A DNA stretch of 64,000 nt from Daphnia carinata. Its lineage: Eukaryota. Position 1 is the stretch's first letter; each line of letters begins with the position of its first letter. Location: NCBI RefSeq assembly GCF_022539665.2, contig NC_081331.1:11780001-11844000 (forward strand), in the 5' to 3' direction. Below are positions 13,122 through 25,992 of the stretch, in pieces. Below the pieces are notes generated by a model, which was not told the origin of the DNA, did not search any database, and saw only the letters and a program-made list of their open reading frames with translations. The translations under genes and the position numbers were made by a program.

Positions 13122-16100
13122 GTGAACCGAGTTTAGGCCGTCCAAGGGCGAGTAAACAGAACTGATGTGAGAGAACTGTTTTTCTTTTTTTTTCTCTGTT
13201 CCAGAGACCGTCCAACTTTGGGGCTCGCTCTCAAGTTAACCAATTACCAACGTGGTCTGCCAAACAGCCTAATAGATGACCAAGCATAGAAAGCTAAAAG
13301 AGAGACGTGACTACAGCGAACTCTACCTTATACTCGAATATCTACCTCTTTGGCAAATAATTTAAGGGGCAACACAAAGCATCTGGAAGTTGTTGATGGC
13401 CTTTCACCTGTAACGCGGAAAGACTCGTCCTTGTTCCACTGCAAGTCCAACATCGTCTGCCGTTGGAGATACCAAGAAACCAACTAACGAAGTCAGGACA
13501 GAGTGCCGTGAAAAGGGACTTTCTTCGCGGAATTCCTGCTGAATATTAGCGAGACTATTTTCGGGCTAATCCAGCTCTCGAAACTTGTTAGATATGATAT
13601 CGTTAACTAGCATGGTTATAGTTCCGTAGTTATTCTTTGTTATCGTTTGTTTTATCTTTGAGTAGAAAGCAGTTTGCAATAAGTTTTTGGCCTTGTGTTT
13701 TGTCTTTGCCTTCAAATACGATCCAACGTCTCCTTGTTTCTACGAAGGAGCAAAATCAATGATGAAGTGTCTAGCTTCTTCGATAACTTCAGAAATTGTT
13801 TTAACGCTTTCAAGGCTAAGCTGAAGCTTGTTTATTAATTCGTGGCAATATTTAATCCGAAGGAACGAATAAAACATTTCACGAATGATAATTCAAGACA
13901 AAGAGAAAGGCAAGTGCTTTCTGGATGGCTTACTAACTTGAATATGGAAATATCGTTTGACGTCATTACGTCTATGATGGGTCTCCTTCACAGCCTTTTC
14001 TGACTTGATTTTTAAAAGAAATCCCCATTTTTTTTTTTTTGTGCTGGGTCGGGAGTAGAATTTTTAACAGCTCAACTGACTGCTGACACCGAAAAAAAAA
14101 AAAGAAGACAGTTTATAACTCTTATTGAAAGAACAACTCCGCCCACGAGCAACAGTTAAAGAACAAAAAAAATAGAACCCGTTTTATATTTCGTGAAACT
14201 TGCCGGTATGGCACATCAGAGTTTTTGACGTGATATGTAAAGAATGTCGATTTGGATAGTAGTGAGCCCCCACACGAATAACAGTGTACGTAGTGTTTGC
14301 TGGTGAAGTGTATAGTGGGCAAAAAAACAAAACGGAGAGTGATGATTATAGTAAAAGAGATTTCTTTTTTCTGGCTGTGTTATAATCTTAAGATGCTCGT
14401 GTGCATCCCTCGTTCCTCTTGCGTTTATGGTGCACAGAGCACATCTTGCTCGTCTAGTATCGATCGTTCGTTTTCTCCGGGCTTGATTAAAGGTCCATCC
14501 TAAGCGTACTACGTGTATATATAATTAAAGGTAGTAACGCGAAGAAGAAGAAACAATTTCAATAGGAATGGAAGTGCATAGAGGAATAAATGTTTTTTTT
14601 TTTTTATATTTTCAGTCGCTTCAGTTTAGCGAGTTTCCCATTTGGTTAACCTACCAATTATGAAAGTGGGTGTTTGAGTTGTGGTCGGGAACGCTCACTC
14701 GCTGTTGCGTAGCCCTTTCCCATTGTCTTGCGCCACCATCTTCTAAATTTGAATAGGCAAAAGAAGAACCATCGTCCATTTAGTCCGGGGTGTACGCAGA
14801 TCTTCACCAACGTGTCCGGCATTTCCTTCTCTCACTTTATACTATTCATACACACTACACCACTTTCTCGCTGTTCTATAATCTCCCCCTATAATCTCTA
14901 CGGCGTTCTCTACCATTTGGGAAGTTGGGGAACCATTTTGATAATTGCCATTGAAATAATATTACGCGTGTGTCTGTGTGTGTGTGTGTGCATAGCGGAA
15001 TAATCGAGTAAGAGCAAACCTTTAAGGAGGTGCCAAGAGAGAAAGAGAGCAGTATACACGAAAGCTCACCGCAAACCATCGTGCTTTTTTCTTTTTACAC
15101 GGGGACGGCCAGGCTCACATTATACTTACACACAGATCTTAATCGCTGCTCTCTCTGTGTGTGTATGTATAGCCTACATGATAACGAGTTGAAAAAAAGT
15201 GAATTCCTTGGATACTAATTTGAAAACCGATGAAGACATTCAAAATGTAACGCTTATACAATCCAGTTTGTTTGCTGCATTATGCTGGACTGGACACGTA
15301 CGTAGGTTCCTTGACGAAAGGAAGAGCAGCCCATATAGCTTCCCCTTTGAAAAAGAAAAACTGGACGGCTGTTTGCATGTTGGTACGTATAAAATCATCC
15401 CTACCCAACGCATCCGCTCCTATTCATTTCATCGAGCGTCCAGCCTTGTCGTTATAACGTATCAAACCCCCGTTCTCCATCATTTTTCCTTTCGACGTGT
15501 AACTGAAAGGAGCCAAAAAAAATGTAGACACATTCAAATGAAAAGCTTTCAGAATGAAGACGTTATCCCAGTTCTATCTCTTTCTACCTGAACAGACGTA
15601 TGAAATTTGAATAAAAAGTACGCCCCCCTCGCGTTCCCCCGACAGAATAAAGAAGGAAAAGACGGACTTTTTGTGTATTGTTATTTATTTTGAAAATGAT
15701 AATAAATATGTGGAGGAAAAAAAGGGATTATGCAGAGACAGGGAGCTATAGTGGATGGGGACTGATAAAAAATTTGGATTCATATTGGAAGAAGAAAAAA
15801 AAAAACACACAAATTAAAAAAAATAAGGTGAGCGACTTTTGTGCTATTGTGTAACGAACGGATAGAAGAAGAAAAGGGAGAGATTTCTTTCGTCAATTCG
15901 TTGACTGACCCCCCCCCCCCCCCCAGCGTGACTGGATTCTTTTCCATCACTGTACGGCAGGCCGAGAGAGGAAAAGAAACAACAAACAGGAAAGAAAAAA
16001 AAAATAGGAAGATGATGGAACGCTCTGTCTTCCTTGGCATCATCATCTTTTTTTTTTTTTTTTTTTTTACTTCGTTGATGTCCTACGTAATATATCTTTG

Positions 16101-19100
16101 ATTTTAGGATAATCTTTCTTAGTGATGATGCAGCGCCCGCCATTTTAAGTTCTCACCCCAATCTCGTTCACCCGAAAAAGATTTTTTAAAAATAGTTTTG
16201 TTATTTGTAAAGCCCACGCGTGTGTGTGTGTGTGTTACCATAAAAATCTGTTTTTCGTGGTCACGGAATGATCCGAGATCCGCCACACCCAGTCAAGTAA
16301 ATAAACACTGATAAACATCTAAAGCTGCCTTTGTTTCGGACATTAATCAACGACGATGATTGCTCTGCTGCACAGCTGCTGCAATCATCTGCGTAGAGGG
16401 GAGAACTTGAAAAAGAAAACTTCGATGGGAGATATGGTTTAAAGAAAAAAAAACGATTCGAAGAGGAAAAGATTAAAAATAAAAAGGCAGGCAGACATTC
16501 ATTACAAAGGTATGTACGCGACGCTCTAATTATAATCAGCTCCTGATTCTTTATTTTCCAATGGCATCATGCGCAAGAGCGCGCTAAATGGGCCGTGCAT
16601 TAAACACGGCGGGAGTCCTCGATCGTTGAACTTGCCGCGCCTGATTACGTTCTAAAACTAAATATTCCTTTCTTTTTTTTTTCTTTTGTTCTTCATAGTT
16701 CCCTTCTTTTTATTTTGCTTTCTATTTTTAGTTCACGGCTGCACTTGGTAGGGGAGCAATAGGTGTTACATCTATGGTTCCTCCATCGCGTGTTACCTGT
16801 GTGCATTAGCCGTTTTCTGGATAAGAAAAAAAAAAGAGGGAACAAAAAAAAAAAAATACTCGTTTATCACCTGTTTCCTTACGTTTTTTCAAAGGAAAGA
16901 GGTATAGATAACTACCTAATTTATATACACAAAAATACACTTCTACTACAGATTCAAACGGCAAGGAATTTAGTTTTCTCCGAAAAGCTCGAAAAGCTCG
17001 AAAAAAAAAATAGAACAAGGGGGGGGGGGGGTCAAGGGTTGGGTCCATTTCAGGGTCGGAAACCATTACTTACACAACGTAGAGGACACCACAAAATAAC
17101 GAGGATACGCAATAAGAAAAAAGGGGGCCAAATAATAAAAAATCAGACCGGGAAAAACAGGGCAGTTGAACGTTTATGACGCAAACGATTAGGCGGTCGC
17201 TGTGCTGAATACAACTCTTACCTCCATTTCCCCATTTCATTCCCCTTTAAAAAAAAAAAAAAGTTTAGAAATGCATAAGTGGTTCCAAACCAGCGACAAG
17301 ACCACAAAGAAACCCAGGTGTGCGCCCTGAATTCTTTTGCCTCAGTCGACCTCTTGAAAATAAAACAAAAAGAAAAGAATCAAAAACAAAGTGATCCGAT
17401 TTTCTTTCGCTCCAACGGTCCTCAAATCGTTAAAAGCTTGTTCAACGTATTTCGATCGAAAAACGAGATACCTTAATAGATTTTTGTTATTTAAAAAAAT
17501 ATATATATATCGTGCGATATTGGAACGGTATAAACCTTTTTCTAGTACATAAAGATAAAAAACGGGGTCGTCGGAATCGAATCAAAGCGTTTTCGCGATT
17601 TGCCGACAGCCAAAACGCCGTCTAGTATACCTCGAAATATTTAATATATGCACACGCAAATAAACGTATCCCATCGCCAATAAAAAAAAAACGAAAATAG
17701 AAGGAAATGGTAAGAATTATAGATGGCTTAAAAAATACGTTCATGATTAAGGACTGACTTGTGGACTGTATATGGTTATTTCGGCTGTGTAAATGCCGAA
17801 AGCGAGCGTCGCCTGGATGCTGGCCAAGATCGGTGAACGCGGTTATGCTAGACATTATCACGCGGAACGTACACTAACGAAAAAAAAATAAATAAATACA
17901 TTTCTTTTTAAAAGAAGAAGAAGAAGAGGACGTTGCGCCGCTGAGACCGGTTACGAAACGAACTTTGACCGCCTGCTGTTTTGTTGGCTCTTTTTCCCGT
18001 TCCTCAGCTCTCGATGGCTTTCACGTTGAATTCCGCTCGGATCATGCGACCGCGAGTCTAGCCATTTGTCCCGCATATCGTCTTCGAGCTACACACACAT
18101 GTACACACAAAAAAAGAAAAGACGACGCTGAGCAATGAAATGGTTCGCGTGCGTTGATCACATGACTAACAAAAAACCTCACCTACAAGTGCATGTGTGT
18201 TACTCTGCCGTTACAGGCCAAAATTTTCTTCCTTTTTTTCGGTTGGCACGTACACGAAGACAACAATCTGATGATGGTTAGTGACTCTATAAAAGAAGAG
18301 ACAATTGAAGTTTAGGTCTATCGACGCAGCTGGTTTGTCTAACGGATTATCAAAGTCAAAAAGGCCCTCGCTCACGAGGGTTGCGGCCATTTTTTTCGTG
18401 CGTCCGAAATTTGTGAAAGAAAAAAAAAAAGAAAATGTGTTGTGACACGACAAGACTCTCTCTGTTGATGTCAAAATGCCTATAGTTGACAATTTTCCCT
18501 TTCTTCTCTTCATGTGTGTATTTTGACTGTATTTTCTCCTTAATTGTCTTCTTCTGCTCGGCGGTCCTCTACGTCTGATTGCACGCCATGTCGCCGTTTG
18601 CAAAGATGATTCTCGACTTTTTTTCTTCTTCTTTTTTTCTTTTCTTATTTTAATTTTTTTTTTTTTTCTTGAAAGATATGATAGACGTTAGGCGAAGAAG
18701 ACGGCGGCATCCTAATAGGTGATGAGCCGAGCCGGGGCGTGACCCCCGCAAGTTGTTTCTTCTATCTCGTGTGTGTGTGTGTGTGTGGTAATTCCTTCTT
18801 GCGTTCATTCGTTTTGCTGACAATTTTTTTTTCTTGTTTGGGCTTGAAAAAATATTCGTTTTTTTTCTTCTTTCTTCTATTTGAATTCATTTTTTATTTA
18901 TTTTCGTAAAGAAAAATGGAAATATAACATTTTAAAAGGGGAAGAAAAAAAAAAAGGGCCAGCGTGCATGTACGCATGCAAACCCGCACAGCAGGACACG
19001 ACGACACAAGAATATGTTTCTTCTTCACCGAAGATACGTATTCGTTCGTTGGGTCTGACGGCGTCGTCGTCCTCTGCTGTTTTCTTTCTTTCTTTTTTTT

Positions 19101-22100
19101 TTTAATATTTACTGCGCAACGCTTTGACGTTTGGTTAAAAAAAAAAAACAGCGGACATTTTCGACATCGGAAATACCGAGGCGTCATTGCACCTTCTAAT
19201 ACAAGCGGCCAGCGATTCTGTTAGTTTGCGTTTATTTTTTTTATCATAGATGTTTTAATGTATTTCGTTTGAACCGGAAAGAAGGAGATTTTTCTTTGTT
19301 TATTTCAGAACGTATAAGAAACGGACGAGGTGGGGCAGTGTTTCATAATTTGCGTTGCCGTGAGGAAGTTTGGAATTTATCGTTTGGATTGACCCTTCTG
19401 GCCAACGTTCTCTATTTGCCATACGAGAAAATGGTTTAATAAGAAAAAAATTAAACGTAATCAGTAATTACGAAAAAAGGAAAAAGTGGATGATGTGGTT
19501 GAACGAAATTGCTCGCCATTCATCACGCACAGCGTTCAACCGTGAATGGTTCGCATTAACGAGATGCATATCTAAGTACTGATCGCCTTCTACGGCGAAA
19601 AGCTCATACATCCTCGTTTCGTATATTTTGTGTCATTTTTTTTTCTCTTTAAGTCGCCGCTGGATATTCGTTACGTAATTAAACAGCTTGATTACGTGCA
19701 CTGGTCATTTCTTAAAAAAAAAAAACATTTCTTCTTCATCAAACTGAGGGCTTCTAGGATTAAGTGGATAGCTATTTCATTCTTGGCTTGTTGTTATATT
19801 AGCCACAGACGTACACATGTCTTTTCCCATATGTTGACAGACGTAAAAAGATACCACTATCCTCTGTTTTTTGTTTTTTTTTGTTGGAAGGGAAACCTGA
19901 ATTAGCATGACGCGTTTGTATTTAAAAAAAAAGTATTGTTTATGAAACTACGAAAAGAATGTTTAACCGCATCTATATACCATCGTGGATGGGGTCGTCT
20001 CTCCTTTTGGTCACGAGTTCAAATTACCTTATGTGTCATGTAAGTAGCCAAAGCTACCTGGTAGCCTTATAGCACTTGTACTAACAGTATGAATGCACTA
20101 AGAAAACGTAAAGGGGTGGATGGAAAACAAGAAAATAAAGAAGCCCAACAAAAAGTTTATTATTTTTGAACATTTTGGGATGCCTGGCATCTCCGATGAA
20201 AGATACAATTTCAAACCTCGCGCGTCGCCAATGATACCTGGTCCCTTCTACACGTTAACCGCATAACAGAAAAGAAGCATTGCCAAATAAAAACTCCTTT
20301 TTTCTTTCAAATAAACAAAAAACTATCCCCCTAACTTTAAAACTACAACGTCCTTTTTCTCTTATGGTTTCTTAGCTTTTATCGGTCAGTAGGCTCTTTG
20401 AAAAGAAAAAAGCTCTAAGGATACATGTCTAGATAGTTACGTTGATGGTGGCCGATGGTTGGTGTTTATGTTGTCCGTAAGTTTGGGTACATACAAATAG
20501 TAGCTATGCGCAGAGAGTGGTGACCGGTGTGACGCACTGGGTGCACATTATACATGCCGATGGATAGACCACAAGAGATTATTGGGCCCTTCGGCTTAGC
20601 CCATAACCACAAACCACCGTCGTGACAGCCAACACGAAACCCGAATCCGTCTTATGCAGATCTGTTTGGCCAGCAAAAAAAAAAAAAACCAAAAAAAACA
20701 GGCCGCTGTATACTCTTATTCCTTGCTGGAACATGCAACATCTACACACAGGCAGACACAAAACATAACCCCCAAGAGTTCTTGTGTCTTATCCAGGTAA
20801 GCACGAAATAAAACAAAAGGGCCTTTCGAACGACCCTGTGGGAAGCTGTTTAGATCTGACTTTTGTTTAATAGTAATTCTTCTTCTACGGTACATCGTCG
20901 ATCTTTGCCTCTCTAATATGTGGACGCAAACACCAGACGATGACGACAGATAAGAAGAAGCGCCAGCCTCGGTGTTCTTTCTTCGCCTTCCTTTTTACCC
21001 CATGTTTGTTTCTTCCTATTCTTGTGGTGTTCCGATGTTGAAAGGGTAGGTTACACAAGATGTTTTTTGTTTTTTTTTTATTATTATTTCTTTTAAAGTC
21101 AAAGAAAAGGATAGAGAACGAGGAAGCAGTTGACATATCGCTCTAGCGCTTAGTACTCCTTTAAAAAGCCATTATAGATTTATCGTGGTCTTTTTCTTTT
21201 TCTAAAAGTTTGTTTCCCTCTTCCTTTAGAGCTGGAGAAAAAAAAACTTCTTTCATTTTTCTTTTTTAGTTTATTTCCGAGAAACAGCTTGCGAAATCAA
21301 GAGAAATGGGTGGCATATGGTACGAGATCCGCAACAACGATTTCTCGGTGAATAGTGGAGGACGAGTAAAGAATCTTCAGCGTCGATCTTTTCGTCGACG
21401 AAAGGCCCGTTCTTCATTTGCTGTTTGCGTCCGTTGTTATTTATATTCGAGCAACTTGCTCCAAACGGCGGAGGAAAACCCGCAAACATTCCGGGGCGGA
21501 GTGCGAAAGCAGTTCATCAGCTGTGCGGGAGTTAGAGGAGAAAGAAAAACGAGCATCCACGTTGTGTAATAAATATCCTGTTTTTGGGCAAGTTTTTGAA
21601 AAAAAAAAAACATTTATAAATAGAACTGAATATAAATAGAAACCGTACTTTAGATTGTCTGGGATTAACCTTTTCTTTCTCATTTTTTTTTGGAGGAAAA
21701 AAGGCGGAAGAAACGGCGAAGAATTGACAAAAAAAAAACTTGGAAGGAATGCAAAAAATTGCCATCTCAGGTGCTGGTTTGTAGGTAAAAGAGAGAGATG
21801 CCTATCTAATCACATTCTTCTCTGTACACAGTTGAACTCGACGTCCTTTCCTTGTACTATATCCGTTTTGAAATATAAGGTCTGCTTAGAAGCTCTAAAG
21901 ATCTTTGACTTGCGATGTATGCCAAATTGTGCGCGCATTTGAACTGATGAGACTTAAGATCCTAGTTAAGTAGATGGGCGCAAAATCTCTCGACGATCTA
22001 CTTGTTTGAGTTTGCCCCGCTTTATTTTCTTTTTCTTCTCAGGATTTAAAAATGTTTCATATATTTGGCTAGAGGGTTTAACAAAGAGTTTCTCCAGAAG

Positions 22101-24172
22101 GATTATCGTCTATTTAAATAGGGCATATAGTAAAAATGCGGAGGTAAATATGAGAGGTAAATAAGCCTTTCCAGTAGATCCCAATTCATTTTGTCCCGCG
22201 CCAGGCTCACTACCTTTGGTCTTCACGCCCATTTCAATTCCAATCACGACCATTTGAAGTCATTGGTTTGGGTTTTTTTTTTCGTTCAAAAAATGAATAG
22301 GGTGAGGAAAAAAGGATGAAATAGGGAAAAGAAAAATATACAGAAGGGAAACTAAGGAAACGTTAGGGTTTGAATTACCTCATAACTCATTTTCGATTGT
22401 TGAACCCTGCCCATTAAAGAAAAGGTAAAAGATAAAAGAGAAAAGATTAGGACAATTTTTCCATACTTGAACGAGGTAGAAAACAATGGGGAGATGTCTA
22501 TAAAAGGAGGCCAATCAGAAGCGATTTCGATCAGTTTCGCTATACGTACATTTTTTTCTCAATTTCCGAAAAAAATGAAATGCCACGAAAAGGGAAAGAT
22601 CAAGTCATTACGGTTTTCTCTTTCCGCCCCTTAACACGTAGACAATTTCGGATCCTCTTTTCCCTTAAGAACCTGTTGTCTTGTAGCGCGTTACACGCCA
22701 TTAAATGCATATATATTCAGCAGCATTTATTTCGTTACTGACCGATAACTACCACGCAGAAAAGGGTCCCAAAAAGAATAAGTTGTTTTATTATAATGCC
22801 ATAGCCAGGTTTTCTTTCACGGATTGGATGATTCGAAGCGAAACTTTTCCCTCCTTATTTTCCAACTCTTCTCCGTGGACTTGAATTATAATCAAATGCA
22901 TCCAATCGATTCTCTCATCCGACTTTTCAGGGACTTGGCTGTTTAGATGGCCCGTGGGCTGGTACAGAGCAAAACTTGGATAGAGTTTTTATTTCCTTTT
23001 TATTCTCGTTTTCAGTGAGGAGGTAGCGTTGGCAGCTCGTTAAGACCGACTACGCTCATTAACAATATATTTGCTAAGCAAAGAGAGAAAAAGAGTGCCA
23101 AACTCTGTACGCACACACACATATAGAAAACAAGAACAAACGTATAGAGTGTGTAAAATAGTTCCTTTTCCCGTTTAACAAAAAAAGACGAGGGCTGCTC
23201 AGCAACCGCAGCAGGTTCGTTTCCATTCCTCAATGCGCTGTTAGTTTGTGCTGGCCTTTTTTTATTTCTATATCCACACTCTGCGGCACAGACACCAGCG
23301 AGATGCATTTTCTTTTGTTGTTGCTAAAAAAAAAAAAAAAGTTTTGCCCGCGAGCTCACCAACATCAAGCACAAGAGTTGTGTGTGTATGCAAACTATAC
23401 GCGTACACACAACCATCGGGTTTTGTGTATTGCAATACCATCCGCACCGATCTTTTGATGAAGCGTATGTGCGTACACTATTCACTCCGGAGCACAAGAA
23501 AAGAAGTTGCCGTTCGCAAGTACCCCAAATGATCAAAAGTTAGGTACGTGTTCGATTTACGGTTTGTATATATATACTGGATGTATACCTTTGCATTCAT
23601 TTGACTGCTGTTGCCATATCCATTAAGCAAGGATTGCTCGTGTAACATTTGGTTTATTGTTACCTTTTCCGAGAAAAACACTCTGATATAGATGTATGTG
23701 CCGTTTTGCCCCGCCCCACATTGCCCGGTTGTCTGCTGTTTAGACCGTGATTCAATCGCAACGCGTGTCAGCAAAGTGTTTGTTTGCTACGTTTTGAACG
23801 ATAAGGACAGCAGACGGCTGTTACCTCCAAAAATAAATGGGAGAAATTTATTTACGTTTCACTTTTGAAAAATGGGAGGAGTTTAATTTACTGTTGTATT
23901 TTCAGTTTGCATTTTTCTTCTTTCGTTTTCTTTTTTTTTTTTTTTTTGCTGTTGTGTTAGAACTCTTGGCCGAATCCGATCGTTTGATTATGCAAACCTT
24001 TTTGGTTGCCGAAGAAGCAGAGAAATCACCTAAGGGAAGAAAAAGAAACCGCAACTACGCACACGTCAGACATTTTTCTTTTATTTAAAACCAAACAATA
24101 ACCATCACAGAAAATAGAATTATGAAAAAGAAAGAGACCAAAACAAAATGGATGTGTTGGCGTTTTTATTCC

Positions 24173-24272
24173 CGATATCGCAGACGACGTAAATTGTATC
24201 CGATCGGATATCGAAAAACAACGCAGTTTTTTTTTTGTGTGCATTTGTTTTCCGATTTATCGATAGTTATCG
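24173..24272. promoter_or_regulatory. Cluster of CGATA/TATCG half-sites including a full DRE (TATCGATA, 24258-24265)
   Basis: Six half-sites in 100 bp (24173, 24176, 24209, 24258, 24261, 24268) plus the 14 bp palindrome TATCCGATCGGATA at 24197-24210. Confidence 0.3.
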
Positions 24273-24546
24273 AGGTTGGCAGTGAGAAGGGGGAGGAAAT
24301 TGTCAAAACGGTCATGTCTGGTCATCTTTTAAACGTCCTCGCCAAATGGCTCGGTCGATTTATTTATTTTGTTACTTGATGATTTATAGTGAAATATTTT
24401 TCGGACGATTAAATGGAACACAAAAAGAAAAAAAAGAAAAACGGCAAGTTCATTTCGTGGCGTGCAACTGTTTACGATTCGAAAAAAGAAAGAGAAAAAG
24501 GCAGACTGGCGGGAAACTGAGGAGAGAATTTGACAGCCATTAAAAT

Positions 24547-24557
24547 CAAAATGGCGG
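24547..24557 (+). promoter_or_regulatory. YY1/Pho-type motif CAAAATGGCGG
   Basis: Match to the YY1/Pho consensus about 840 bp upstream of the putative TSS. Confidence 0.3.
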
Positions 24558-25249
24558 AAAGGGAAAAGCAGAAGATGTTTCGTATTCCTTTTCATCTTCG
24601 ATTCGGAGTCCCGGCGTTTGTAACGAGTTGTTTTCTTCTAAAACGATCGAATTTTTATGCTACCACATGGCGATTTGAATACTTTGTGGATATGTGTGCG
24701 TCGATGAATTCAACTTCCATTACTTTTCTCTCTTCCTCTCGTTCCTTCGTTGCTGTCGGCCTGCAATATGCAAATGGTGCAAGAAAAAAAAGTTTAAAAA
24801 CGTTTAGAGAAAAGAGAAGAAAAAAAAAAGAAAAAGAAAAAGTGTTGGTGCTGATTTGAATATTTTAGTCGACGGTATTTTTAATATTTTCTTTTTTTTC
24901 AGTCCGGGATAGACACAAACACCAAGGTCGTCTTTTTTTTCTCTTTGATTCCTTACCGTGCCTCCTGCAGTTTCTAGGTGTCGGTACACACAAAATCATG
25001 GCTACACAGTTGACTTACGCACAAGTCTAGGCTCGCTGTACGAAGCCGACAGCTGGCGGGGAATGTGACCCGAGCTAAGCTATCCCGAGCTGAAGCCAAC
25101 GTTGCGTCTATCAACCACCTTGGTACGCCATCACTTTAGCACGGTGGGAGGAAATAGTTCGGTTCAAAAAAATACAAGTATCTACATGGTGTGTGTAAAT
25201 ACGTGTGTTGTAGAGAGGCACCCACCATGATTACCTATTGCTGTACGAA

Positions 25250-25395
25250 GTGAGGTGGGAGGAGGTTTGAGAGGGTTGGCTTGGCCCAGGACAGATTCAG
25301 GACCGCGTGGAAGTGAGGGGGGTTGAGGGACGACCAAAGGGACCAGCATGCTCAGAAGCGAGCCGGCTGTCAGGCATTGCGGTTCTCAGTTTCCT
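25250..25395 (+). promoter_or_regulatory. Putative Pol II core promoter with arthropod-type initiator TCAGTT (+1 at about 25388)
   Basis: A G-rich block without long A/T tracts ends at TCAGTT (25386-25391), followed by an abrupt switch to T-rich UTR-like sequence. No TATA box or correctly spaced DPE was seen. Confidence 0.4.
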
Positions 25396-25992
25396 GCTGC
25401 TCCGTCTAGGGTTATCTCTTGTTTCTAGATTTCTTTCACTCGCTTGTTTGTCGAAATTGCCCACTGTGCTATAGTGACCACTTTTCTTGTGATGATCAGA
25501 AACTAATGTGTGTGTGTGTGTTTGGCTAATTTTTCTTGTACGAAAGAAACGAGTGCTGGACTCCCATCAAACTTGGATCGTGTCGATGTGCTCGTGTGGA
25601 TCGACTGTTATCGGGTCAACACATTACCCGCAACACTCACACACCACTTCAATTGGATTTTCGTTTGTTTTGCATCCACGTTTCACGGAATACTATTCGC
25701 AGTGTGTATGTGTGTTGTTTCCATCGGATAAGACTTTCGTGTCAACGGTTAATAAATGAAAGCCAAACTCTTTGAATAATCCATGTGACGTTTCGTTTGC
25801 AGAATTTTTGGCTGTGTCGCAAAAGAAACACAACACAAAAAGAGCCAAAGCATCAGGAACATCTTTCTTTTCGGTGTGATTGTTTTTTGCACACGTTTAC
25901 ATCCCTCTTGTGAAACCAACATCGTTTCCTCAATTCGTTTTTGATTAAATCACGAACCTCTTGAGCTCGCCTTGTGGCCATCTTCGAACAAG
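25388..25992 (+). other. Putative non-coding first exon (5' UTR or lncRNA) of an unidentified long-intron gene
   Basis: Begins at an Inr match and ends at the consensus donor AAG|GTGAGT (GT at 25993-25994). No convincing coding frame. Confidence 0.42.

Noticed and set aside
21944..21976. CTGATGA followed by a 6 bp stem, resembling a hammerhead ribozyme (similar case at about 56025)
   Set aside because: The required GAAA after stem II is missing, and stems I and III were not found.
24551..24859. ORF MAEREKQKMFRIPF... in a CAAAATGG start context
   Set aside because: Not protein-like and ends in a poly-A-derived Lys run; better explained as a YY1/Pho motif.
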